This document shows, in pieces, positions 17,227 to 25,591 of a stretch of DNA of 64,000 bases (positions within the stretch are counted from its first letter, which is position 1; the number at the start of each line of letters is the position of its first letter). Made by a program: the position numbers and the translations under genes. Source of the stretch: Candidatus Rifleibacteriota bacterium. Its GTDB lineage: Bacteria; Muiribacteriota; Ozemobacteria; Ozemobacterales; Ozemobacteraceae. Location of the stretch: the NCBI GenBank assembly GCA_017417215.1, contig JAFPZP010000062.1, forward strand, positions 11,604-75,603, written 5' to 3'. The notes below the pieces were generated by a model. The model did not search any database. It saw only the letters and a list, made by a program, of their open reading frames with translations, and was not told where the DNA came from.

Positions 17227-18537
17227 TTATAGACCATAACCCTGAGCGTGAGAATAGCAAGTTGCTGCATATGATTCTACGCTTTGACCATTGGTCATTT
17301 TGTTTCTAGCATATGTCTTTTCATCTTCTGTTAAAGCCAATCCAAGACACATTTTTAATTTAATACCATAACCCTGAACAGATGAACCAGTGTTCTTAAG
17401 ATCCTGCCAAGAACCTTTTACAAGGCTTGACCATGGACCAGCATTATAACTACAAGCAACTAACATAAGTTTGTCGACGCCAGTAGTCTTACCAGCAGGA
17501 CCGTAATTTCCGCTGAACATCTTCTGGAAGAGTTTACAACCACCAGCAAGATTCTGTTTCGGGTCATTAGCATCTACACCAAGTTCTTGTGCGGTAGCAG
17601 GCATTAACTGCATAAAGCCCTGAGCACCACAATAACTCTTAACAAGAGAACCATCGCTCTTTCTGTGAGTACCATTGGTTTCGATAAACAATATAGCCTT
17701 CATATACATTTCAACACTTACTGTCTGGCCATACTGATTTTTAACTGCTGGCATATTCCAATCGCCATAAGTATCAAGAGCAGAATTAAACCATTCTTTA
17801 AACTGAGCAGACTTAGTATTAACACCAGAACCACTTGGAGCACTCTGATATACAAGAGCTGGAGCTCCAGATGGAGAATCTACGGCTCTCTTTGGAGCTT
17901 TACCTGCAGAGACATTAGAATTGTCATCAGCAGAAGGAGTAACAGTTGGATTTGAACCAGAGGAGCTACTGCCGCTTGAACTTGAAGAGCTACTTGAAGA
18001 ACTGCTAGAAGAGCTACTAGAAGAACTACTTGAGCTTGAGGAAGCACCACCAGGTATTCTTAATACCCAGCCAGCATAAATCAAGTTGGGGTTACTTAAC
18101 AAAGAAGGATATCTATCTTTGTTGAGTTCAACCAATTCTGGCCAACGGCTAGCATCACCAAGAAGGTTCAAAGCTATCTTACTTAAATAATCACCAGGAA
18201 CAACAGTATATTCTGTAGTTTTGTTTTCAGTAGAAGCAGAAGCTGTGCCTGAAGCAACATTAGCGCTATCAGAAGCATTAGCTGTGCTAGAAGCATCGAC
18301 GGTATCAGAAGCGTTGGCAGTTCCGGAAGCAACTGTTCCAGATGCAACTACACCATCTGCAATAAATTTTTCATATTCTTTTATGCTTTCATCAACAGTA
18401 ATATCAGCGGTTTCCAAATCTTTTTCTGAGACTGTATTTTCTCTAGTTACTTCTTTATCCTCGAAAGGACTTTCTGCAAAACACATAGTATTAGCTAGGA
18501 AAATACTTAGCACAATAACTACTATCTTTTTGTACAT
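17227..18537 (-). CDS. Secreted LysM-domain lytic transglycosylase (SLT family) with a long poly-Ser linker
   Basis: Signal peptide. LysM block YTVVPGDYLSKIALNLLGDASRWPELVELN...LIYAGWVLRIP. About 30 consecutive Ser/Gly residues. SLT block LFIETNG...GAQGFMQLMPATAQELGV. Confidence 0.8.
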   Translation of the reverse strand: MYKKIVVIVLSIFLANTMCFAESPFEDKEVTRENTVSEKDLETADITVDESIKEYEKFIADGVVASGTVASGTANASDTVDASSTANASDSANVASGTASASTENKTTEYTVVPGDYLSKIALNLLGDASRWPELVELNKDRYPSLLSNPNLIYAGWVLRIPGGASSSSSSSSSSSSSSSSSSSSSSSGSSSSGSNPTVTPSADDNSNVSAGKAPKRAVDSPSGAPALVYQSAPSGSGVNTKSAQFKEWFNSALDTYGDWNMPAVKNQYGQTVSVEMYMKAILFIETNGTHRKSDGSLVKSYCGAQGFMQLMPATAQELGVDANDPKQNLAGGCKLFQKMFSGNYGPAGKTTGVDKLMLVACSYNAGPWSSLVKGSWQDLKNTGSSVQGYGIKLKMCLGLALTEDEKTYARNKMTNGQSVESYAATCYSHAQGYGL

Positions 18538-18633
18538 TGTTTATCTCCATCTAATGGTTTTCAATATATCTATAATACCCTAATTCTAATTAAAAGTTTA
18601 TTATTTTTTTTATTAATATTCATTAAAAAAATA

Positions 18634-18662
18634 TTGACTTCTTTCGAGAATTAGACTATTCT
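18634..18662 (+). promoter_or_regulatory. Candidate sigma70-type promoter of feoA
   Basis: TTGACT (18634-18639), 17-nt spacer, TATTCT (18657-18662). The -10 overlaps the first TTAG...CTAA palindrome. Confidence 0.4.
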
Positions 18663-18707
18663 AATTTTCAAAAGTTAGAGTAGTCTATTTTACTTAGACG
18701 AGACTAA
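18651..18707 (+). promoter_or_regulatory. Three TTAGnnnnnnCTAA-type palindromes, candidate DtxR-family operator sites
   Basis: ttagactattctaa (18651-18664), ttagagtagtcta (18675-18687), ttagacgagactaa (18694-18707). DtxR/IdeR iron boxes are palindromes with TTAG...CTAA arms, and a DtxR-family gene ends the operon. Confidence 0.45.
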
Positions 18708-18734
18708 CTTAATTATTTATCAAGGACTAAAAAA

Positions 18735-18986
18735 ATGATTATCAATAGCATTTGTCTGGCAGACCTTCCCGAAGGGAAATCCGGCACAATTACATCTATA
18801 GACACAAAATCAGCTACTGCACAAAGACTCCTTGATCTTGGATTTGTTCCTGGCACTCCTATAAAAGCATTAAAAAGAGCTCCTATGGGTGATCCAACAA
18901 CCTTTGAAATTCGTGGTTATCAACTAGGTCTAAGACGCAGTGAATCCGAAATTATAGAGGTTGAAATAAAACCAGATGAACAATAA
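18735..18986 (+). CDS. feoA: Ferrous iron transport protein A
   Basis: 83-aa FeoA/SH3-like protein (LADLPEGKSGTITSID...RLLDLGFVPGTPIKAL). It overlaps the feoB start by 11 nt. Confidence 0.85.
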   Translation: MIINSICLADLPEGKSGTITSIDTKSATAQRLLDLGFVPGTPIKALKRAPMGDPTTFEIRGYQLGLRRSESEIIEVEIKPDEQ

Positions 18987-21378
18987 AAACGATAAATCCA
19001 ATATTACTCCCCAAAGTATCTATTTAGTAGGGAATCCTAACTGCGGGAAAACCAGTCTATTCAATGCAATTACAGGAGAACATCTCCACGTAGGCAACTG
19101 GCCAGGCGTTACTGTTGAACGCCTTGAAGGTGTAACCCACACCAAAAACGGTGACATACATATTACAGATTTGCCTGGAACCTACTCACTCTCACCTGCT
19201 ACTCCTGAAGAAACATTAGTCCTTTCTACAATAGACGAAGCTAGCCGTGGAACTGTACTTAATGTTGTAGATTCTACTAATATGGTTAGAAATCTATTCC
19301 TAACCACACAGTTAATAGAATTAGGAATAAAACCAGTAATCAGCTTGAACTGTTACGACTCTTTTACAGAACAAGGCGGTAAAATCGATTTATCAAAATT
19401 TACAGAACTCACCGGCTGCGAAATATATCCGACTGTTGGAAGAACAGGCGTTGGGGTTTCTTCATTAGTTGAATATCTCGCCAAAAGAGACAGCGAAAGC
19501 ATAAAAATAAAAGGTTCAGCTCTTTCCCTACCTGAAAAATGGTTAAATGCCGCAAAAGAAGCAATAAAACTTGAAAATTTAAGATGGGAATCAGCTACAG
19601 CCACACAACGTTATAATGCCATAAACTCTTTGGTAAAACCTAAAAAAGAAGACCCAAAACTTGAAGAAATTCGTGACAGCTTATGTAGCGAATTATCAAA
19701 AGAATCTTCTAAACCAGTTACAAAAGCAACATTAGCTTGTAATCTTGCTGAAGACAGATATCATCGTATTGAACGAATGATACCTCTTTGTGCTACTGTT
19801 CCAGAAAAGAGTATTCCAGAATGGCAACAAAAGATGGATAAAGTACTAGTTCACAAATATCTAGGTGTACCGGTATTTGCTTTATTAATGCTTTTTGTTT
19901 TCTGGACAACCTTCACAATAGGTCAATATCCTATGGACTGGATGGAAGCTTTTGTTGAATGGCTTGGAGGAAAAGTTGAAGGTTGGATGTCTCCAGGAAT
20001 TTTACGAGAATTAGTAGTAAATGCAGGCATTAAAAGCGTGGGTTCCGTAATCGTTTTTATACCTAATATACTCATTCTATTTTTCTGGATAGTTCTATTA
20101 GAAGATTCTGGCTACATGTCTCGTGCCGCTTTCATAGTTGATAGACTTATGAAAAGCATCGGTTTGCAAGGACGTGCCTTCATACCTATGGTTATGGGCG
20201 TAGGCTGTAATGTTCCTGCTATTATGGCAACTAGAATCATCGACAGTAAATTTCAAAGATGGTTAACCATGTTCTTGATTCCTCTTGTTAGCTGTAATGC
20301 CAGATTGCCTATATTGGTTCTTCTCTGTGGAACATTTTTCCCTAATTCCCCCAGTTTATGGATGTTTGCTCTTTTTGTCATCGATTTAGTAGTTTTAATG
20401 TTCCTGGGTCATTTCGTCAGTCTTTTCTTCCAGACTGTTGAAGATAGTCCATTTATGCTAGAAATGCCACCTTATCGTATTCCTACACCCAAAAGCGTTT
20501 GGAATATGTTAAAAGAAAAGGCAATGCATTTCATAGAAAAAGCAGGAACAGTTGTTCTAGCTGGTTCTATTATAATCTGGGCTCTGTCAGCATTTCCAAG
20601 AAACATCCCTCTAAGTTTCGATTATGAAGGGCAAAAAGCAGCAATAGAAGCTCCTTATTTAGCTCAAAAAGCTGATATAGAAAAGAACACAACACTCAGC
20701 AGCAAAGAAAAAGAAGAAAAAATTGCTGAAATAGACAGTCAGATTGAAGAAGCCACTTCTGAAATCAATCAGAAGAAAAAGGAAGAAAAAACAGAAAAAA
20801 GTTATCTTGGTCGTATAGGAAATTTCATGGCTCCAGTTATGAAACCATTAGGATTTACATGGAAAGAAACAGTAACTTTGATTCCTGGTTTCTTTGCAAA
20901 AGAATCTCTTGTTTCTACTCTAGCTGTTCTTTATCAGACAGATGAAGAAGAAGACGATGACGATGCAAAAAAATTAGAAAACAGAAAAAAATTAGCCGAA
21001 GCTATGAAGAAAAACGGAATATCACCTTTAATAGCTTTTGTCTACATGTTGTTCACATTACTCTACGTTCCTTGTATTGCCACTGTTGGAGTGCTTTGGA
21101 GAGAGACTGGTTCAATAAAGTTTACAATTTTCTCACTTTTATGTTATTTTGGTATAGCATATGGTGTAAGCTTTGCAACACTAAAAGTTGGAGAAATAAT
21201 TATTTCAAGAGGCGGAACTGGTTCTCAAGAAGCTTTAGTTGTATTTATTTCTCTAATGGCAGCCTGGATAATGCTTTCAAGACTTATTAGGGCCTTAAAA
21301 GGAAAGCCAGGAGCCGTTGGTTGCGGCTGTGGATGTGATGGCTGCGCTGGATGCGGAAATAAAAACAGAAAATGCTAG
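18976..21378 (+). CDS. feoB: Ferrous iron transporter B (GTPase plus permease) with a Cys-rich C-terminal tail
   Basis: G1 motif GNPNCGKTSLFN, DLPGTYSL, a multi-TM gate region and a C-terminal GCGCGCDGCAGCG tail. Confidence 0.9.
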   Translation: MNNKNDKSNITPQSIYLVGNPNCGKTSLFNAITGEHLHVGNWPGVTVERLEGVTHTKNGDIHITDLPGTYSLSPATPEETLVLSTIDEASRGTVLNVVDSTNMVRNLFLTTQLIELGIKPVISLNCYDSFTEQGGKIDLSKFTELTGCEIYPTVGRTGVGVSSLVEYLAKRDSESIKIKGSALSLPEKWLNAAKEAIKLENLRWESATATQRYNAINSLVKPKKEDPKLEEIRDSLCSELSKESSKPVTKATLACNLAEDRYHRIERMIPLCATVPEKSIPEWQQKMDKVLVHKYLGVPVFALLMLFVFWTTFTIGQYPMDWMEAFVEWLGGKVEGWMSPGILRELVVNAGIKSVGSVIVFIPNILILFFWIVLLEDSGYMSRAAFIVDRLMKSIGLQGRAFIPMVMGVGCNVPAIMATRIIDSKFQRWLTMFLIPLVSCNARLPILVLLCGTFFPNSPSLWMFALFVIDLVVLMFLGHFVSLFFQTVEDSPFMLEMPPYRIPTPKSVWNMLKEKAMHFIEKAGTVVLAGSIIIWALSAFPRNIPLSFDYEGQKAAIEAPYLAQKADIEKNTTLSSKEKEEKIAEIDSQIEEATSEINQKKKEEKTEKSYLGRIGNFMAPVMKPLGFTWKETVTLIPGFFAKESLVSTLAVLYQTDEEEDDDDAKKLENRKKLAEAMKKNGISPLIAFVYMLFTLLYVPCIATVGVLWRETGSIKFTIFSLLCYFGIAYGVSFATLKVGEIIISRGGTGSQEALVVFISLMAAWIMLSRLIRALKGKPGAVGCGCGCDGCAGCGNKNRKC

Positions 21379-21387
21379 GAGTAACAA

Positions 21388-21810
21388 ATGGAACGTGTTT
21401 CGCTGGCCTTGGAATCTTACTTGGAAGCAATAGCTGAAATACAAAAAGAAGATGGGGCAGCAAGCCCTTCTGTTTTGGCAGAAAAAATGGGTTGTAAACG
21501 TTCCTCTGTTACAAGCGCACTACAAAGATTAGCAGAAAACGGGTTGATAAATTACCACACTTATCGACCCGTTACTCTTTCTCAAAAAGGGAAAGAAGTT
21601 ATAGAATCTCTTAATAGATACCACGAAATATTAGAAAATTTCTTTACCAACATACTTGGCTTAGAAAAAGAATTTTCGCAAAAAGAAGCCTGTCGTCTGG
21701 AACATCAGGTATCACCGCAAACAATCGAAAGAATAGATGAATACGTCAAGTTTTTAAAAGAACCTGATGCTTTTAAAAAACATATTACCTCTTTACCACA
21801 AACAAAATAG
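21388..21810 (+). CDS. DtxR/MntR-family metal-dependent transcriptional repressor
   Basis: LESYLEAIAEI...PSVLAEKMGCKRSSVTSALQRLAENGLI (winged HTH) followed by RYHEILENFF...EACRLEHQVS dimerisation/metal region. AGGAG lies 7 nt upstream of the ATG. Confidence 0.85.
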   Translation: MERVSLALESYLEAIAEIQKEDGAASPSVLAEKMGCKRSSVTSALQRLAENGLINYHTYRPVTLSQKGKEVIESLNRYHEILENFFTNILGLEKEFSQKEACRLEHQVSPQTIERIDEYVKFLKEPDAFKKHITSLPQTK

Positions 21811-21887
21811 AAAATGGTAGTTTGCGAACTTAAGCAAAACAAAAAGTATCAATTACAATAAAATCCCTAATTAATAATTTCCATAGC

Positions 21888-21916
21888 TCTGTAATGCTTT
21901 GCATTACAGATTTTTG
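21888..21916 (+). terminator. Intrinsic terminator after the feoAB-dtxR-like operon
   Basis: tctgtaatgc-ttt-gcattacaga (10-bp stem) followed by TTTTTG. Confidence 0.75.
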
Positions 21917-22029
21917 TTAATAGCTAGAATTCTAATCACCTAGATATTTACTTTTCATTTCTTGAAAGAAACGACAAAAAGTGTTATTGGATAGATACAA
22001 TTTTTCTTAATATCCGGTGATTATTAAAA

Positions 22030-23382
22030 ATGGCTATTGGCAAATCAATGACTGAAGGTGCTCCTTGGAAGCATATCATAAAGTTCACCCTTCCTGTCTT
22101 TTTCGGAGCAGTTCTTCAACAACTATATAATACTGCTGATGCCATAATAGTTGGTAATTATTGTGGAGAATCTTCACTGGCAGCAGTAGGAACTACAGCA
22201 ACTTTCACATTCATTTTCCTTGCCTTGGCTATTGGTTTTTCATCAGGAAACGGTGTTGTAGTTGCACAAGCCTATGGAGCAAATGACGAAAAACAGGTTA
22301 GAGCCAATGCTTCTACAGGAATATTACTCCTTCTTGGGATGGGAGTATTAGCATCTGTAATAGGAATATCTATTTCCAGATATGCTTATTCTAATTTTGT
22401 CGGAGTTCCACCGGAAATACTCGAATTAACTTTAAAATATTTCAATATTTGTATGCTGGGAATGGTTTTTCAATTTGGCTACAATATTTTTTCTTCGATA
22501 CTAAGAGCCGTAGGTGACAGTGCTTCCACGCTTTATTTTTTACTAATAACTTCTATACTGAATATAGTACTTGATTTACTTTTTGTTGCTTACTTTAAGT
22601 GGGATGTAGAAGGAGCAGCCTGGGCAACAAATATTTCTCAAGGGGTTTCTTTTGTTGCAGCCTACGTTTATATGAGTGTCAAATATCCAGTTTTTCGTTT
22701 CAAGATTAAAGAATTCTCTTGGAACAGATCTTTAGCCTGGTTAACAATAAAAATGGGTTCTCCTATTGCTTTACAGCTTGTAATTGTAGCCATAGGTCTG
22801 ACCTTTATCCAAAGAGCGGTAAACAGCTTTGGTAAAGCTATGACAGCTTCTTTCACAGTTGGTCAAAGAATGGAATTGTTCTTAAATCTTCCTTTTCACG
22901 CATTCCAAACAACACTTGCCACTTATTCTGGTCAGAATATAGGTGCTGGGAAAATGGATAGAGTCAAACAGGGCATGAAGCAAGCTCTGACAATGTCTTT
23001 CGTTTCTACTGTTATTATTTCTATACTAGTCTGTTATTACAACCAGGATATTATTAAGATATTTGGAATAAGCGATCAAGCCGCTGTTTATTGTAGAGAC
23101 CATATAAACACAATTGCATTTACAAATCTTATTCTTTCAATTTATGTACCTGTATTTGGTGTTTTCCAGGGTGCTAACCACACAGCCTTTCCAACCCTTG
23201 TTGCGACCTGTGCTTTAAGCACAAGAGTTATATTTACCTATATCTTTAAAGATAATCCCGATTGTTTCGGCTATTCTATTATCTGGTGGAACAACTTATT
23301 TGGTTTTGCTGTTGGCTTCTTAATTACCTGGACATACTATTTAAGCGGTCGCTGGCAGAAAAATTCAAAAATAGTCCTATAA
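22030..23382 (+). CDS. MATE-family multidrug/sodium efflux transporter
   Basis: 450 aa, about 12 TM. N-terminal PWKHIIKFTLPVFFGAVLQQLYNTADAIIVG is typical of the MatE family. Confidence 0.85.
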   Translation: MAIGKSMTEGAPWKHIIKFTLPVFFGAVLQQLYNTADAIIVGNYCGESSLAAVGTTATFTFIFLALAIGFSSGNGVVVAQAYGANDEKQVRANASTGILLLLGMGVLASVIGISISRYAYSNFVGVPPEILELTLKYFNICMLGMVFQFGYNIFSSILRAVGDSASTLYFLLITSILNIVLDLLFVAYFKWDVEGAAWATNISQGVSFVAAYVYMSVKYPVFRFKIKEFSWNRSLAWLTIKMGSPIALQLVIVAIGLTFIQRAVNSFGKAMTASFTVGQRMELFLNLPFHAFQTTLATYSGQNIGAGKMDRVKQGMKQALTMSFVSTVIISILVCYYNQDIIKIFGISDQAAVYCRDHINTIAFTNLILSIYVPVFGVFQGANHTAFPTLVATCALSTRVIFTYIFKDNPDCFGYSIIWWNNLFGFAVGFLITWTYYLSGRWQKNSKIVL

Positions 23383-23465
23383 TGATGAAGTTGTCTAAAT
23401 AAGTTATTAACAAATGACCCTAAATAATGTTAGAATAAATAAAATGGCTGTGAGAAGGAGAACAT

Positions 23466-24185
23466 ATGGCTATACTCACTATATCTAGAGAATTAGGTGC
23501 TTCTGGCACTTATATAGCTTTAAAAATTGCTGAAAAACTGGGTTATACCTGTTATGACCAGCAGATACTCAACACAATAGCTGAAAAGATGGGCAAAGAA
23601 AAAGACCAGCTTCAGCACTTCGACCAAAACACATATAACAGAATAGGAGTATTTTTCCAAGAAGCTATAGCAAGCCTTGCTCAAGGAGGAATGGTTTTTC
23701 ACCCATTTGGACTAGGTGCTCTGAATTGGGATGCCACAGAAATGTTCTCTACTTATCCGCAGCAGTCATTTAAAGAAAAAGATTATTACGAAGTTTTAAG
23801 ACAGGTATTCAAAGAACTAGCAGATAAAAATAATGCTATATTCCTCGGGAGAGGCGGCTGTCATATATTAAAAGAATATAAAAACACTCTTCATGTCAGA
23901 ATTATTGCAGATTATGAAGACCGCTTAAATCATGTCATAAAAGAACAAATGGAAGGTGGACGTTTTTACGATTCTGATTATAAAGCCGGTGAAGATGCAG
24001 AACAAGACCAGCAAAGAGCCGAAAAGCTCATTCATGACTGGGATACAGCCTCTGCAAACTTTATAGCAGATTTCTTTGATTCAGATTGGAATGACCCCCA
24101 TAATTACGATATCATATTGAATACCAGCAAAATAACACCAGATAATTGTGTAACAATTATAGAAAATCTCATTAAGAATTATTGA
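23466..24185 (+). CDS. Cytidylate kinase-like family protein (P-loop-like, function uncertain)
   Basis: N-terminal ILTISRELGASGTYIALKIAEKLGYTCYDQQIL is typical of the cytidylate-kinase-like (AAA_28/Cytidylate_kin2) group. GGAGAACAT precedes the ATG. Confidence 0.7.
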   Translation: MAILTISRELGASGTYIALKIAEKLGYTCYDQQILNTIAEKMGKEKDQLQHFDQNTYNRIGVFFQEAIASLAQGGMVFHPFGLGALNWDATEMFSTYPQQSFKEKDYYEVLRQVFKELADKNNAIFLGRGGCHILKEYKNTLHVRIIADYEDRLNHVIKEQMEGGRFYDSDYKAGEDAEQDQQRAEKLIHDWDTASANFIADFFDSDWNDPHNYDIILNTSKITPDNCVTIIENLIKNY

Positions 24186-24190
24186 ACAAT

Positions 24191-25564
24191 ATGTCTAAAC
24201 GCCTGATTGGAATAATAATAGTTATAGTTTGCATTCTTGCTTATCACCTTCTCGCCAGTGATTTTGAAACCCAATCTATCTGGCAGTCAGCCATAGAAGA
24301 AAAAATTCTTTCAGATCCTCTTGCTGCCTCTGGTAATTATATTTTCTGGGGTGGCAACAAGGGCAAAAACCTTTACAAACTTTATTGTATTAATTCACAA
24401 GGTCAAAAAGTTGCAGAAAGCCCAAATCTGCCAAATCTCCCATTCGACCCAATAGTTATTGGGAATAATGTTATAATGGCTGACCATGCTAGAATGCTTA
24501 GAGCTTTCTCATTACCTGATTTCAAAGTAGCCTGGGAAATCGGTGCCAATGACCCATTCGAGTTTCCACCAGCTAAATGCGGCAATAACAATGTTATTCA
24601 GGGTAGTGGTAAAAGCATTTTCTGTTTTGATTCCAAGACAGGCAAACAGTTATGGGATATAACAGTCCTGGATGGAATGAAAAACTATGCCTGCGACAAA
24701 GTCGTAGTAGCTATCCATGGTTATAAAGACGTTAGTAAGCCAAGTTGGAAATGTTCTGCTTATGACCTTGAATACGGTGTTGAACTATGGAAATTAGATG
24801 AACCTGTAAGCAAAGAAACACCTCTGTTCGTAAAAGACACCTGTGTTGTAACGACTGGCGAAGGCGAAGCTATAGTTGTTAATCAACTCTCAGGAGAAAT
24901 CCTTTATAGAAGCGGAGCAAAAGGATATATTGCTGTTAAGGGCCTTGACGAAGGCATAATTTTAGCCAATGAGTCTTATACAACATTTGTTTATCTTTCA
25001 CTACTTACGGGAAAATCCTGGACAAGTTCTCTGAAGAAAGATTTTGTCGGTGCTGCTCAGATTGGTTCAAGACTAGTCTTAGCTGATAAAGTCTCTTTAC
25101 GCTGTTTCGAATTAGATTCAGGAGTATTAGTTTGGCAAAAAGATTTAGGAGACATTTACGGATTATATCCTCATAGAAATGGTATTTTTGTTACCTACAA
25201 AGAAGACTTCTCTGCAAGAACAACCTATGCTGCCTGCTTAGGAGTAGATTCCACTAGTAATCTATGGTTTGCTAAGGGTAGCAGCCTTTTCAGAAAGCCA
25301 TACCCATTAAGCGAAGGTGACTTGCTTTTAAACTATGATGGCACAATTCGATTAATGCCAAAACCTGTATTTAAAACACTTTCAACTCCTGCTACTCCAA
25401 ACATAGCTATGCCAGACCCGACCGAAAAAGTAAACAAAGCTTTTGAAGCAAAAACATCTCAAAAAGCTTCAGATACTAAAAAAATAGAAAAAACGACTAA
25501 AACTGAACAAAAAGCCATCCCAACTGAGTTACCAACAGTTAGTGATGAAGACGCTGGTTGGTAA
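24191..25564 (+). CDS. Membrane-anchored PQQ-like/BamB-like beta-propeller repeat protein
   Basis: The ORF track starts at TTG 24182 and the first ATG is at 24191. N-terminal TM LIGIIIVIVCILAYHLL. Repeated W-containing blades (LWDITV, LWKLDE, VWQKDL). Low-complexity K/T-rich tail. Confidence 0.6.
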   Translation: MSKRLIGIIIVIVCILAYHLLASDFETQSIWQSAIEEKILSDPLAASGNYIFWGGNKGKNLYKLYCINSQGQKVAESPNLPNLPFDPIVIGNNVIMADHARMLRAFSLPDFKVAWEIGANDPFEFPPAKCGNNNVIQGSGKSIFCFDSKTGKQLWDITVLDGMKNYACDKVVVAIHGYKDVSKPSWKCSAYDLEYGVELWKLDEPVSKETPLFVKDTCVVTTGEGEAIVVNQLSGEILYRSGAKGYIAVKGLDEGIILANESYTTFVYLSLLTGKSWTSSLKKDFVGAAQIGSRLVLADKVSLRCFELDSGVLVWQKDLGDIYGLYPHRNGIFVTYKEDFSARTTYAACLGVDSTSNLWFAKGSSLFRKPYPLSEGDLLLNYDGTIRLMPKPVFKTLSTPATPNIAMPDPTEKVNKAFEAKTSQKASDTKKIEKTTKTEQKAIPTELPTVSDEDAGW

Positions 25565-25591
25565 TAGTTCTATTATAGGTTCTTTATTAAA

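Noticed and set aside
18221-18583. 120-aa ORF antisense to the LysM/SLT gene and similar antisense ORFs (17665..17955, 61726..62190, 62410..62667)
   Set aside because: They lie wholly within longer ORFs that have recognisable domains on the opposite strand. Their low-complexity translations are typical of shadow ORFs.
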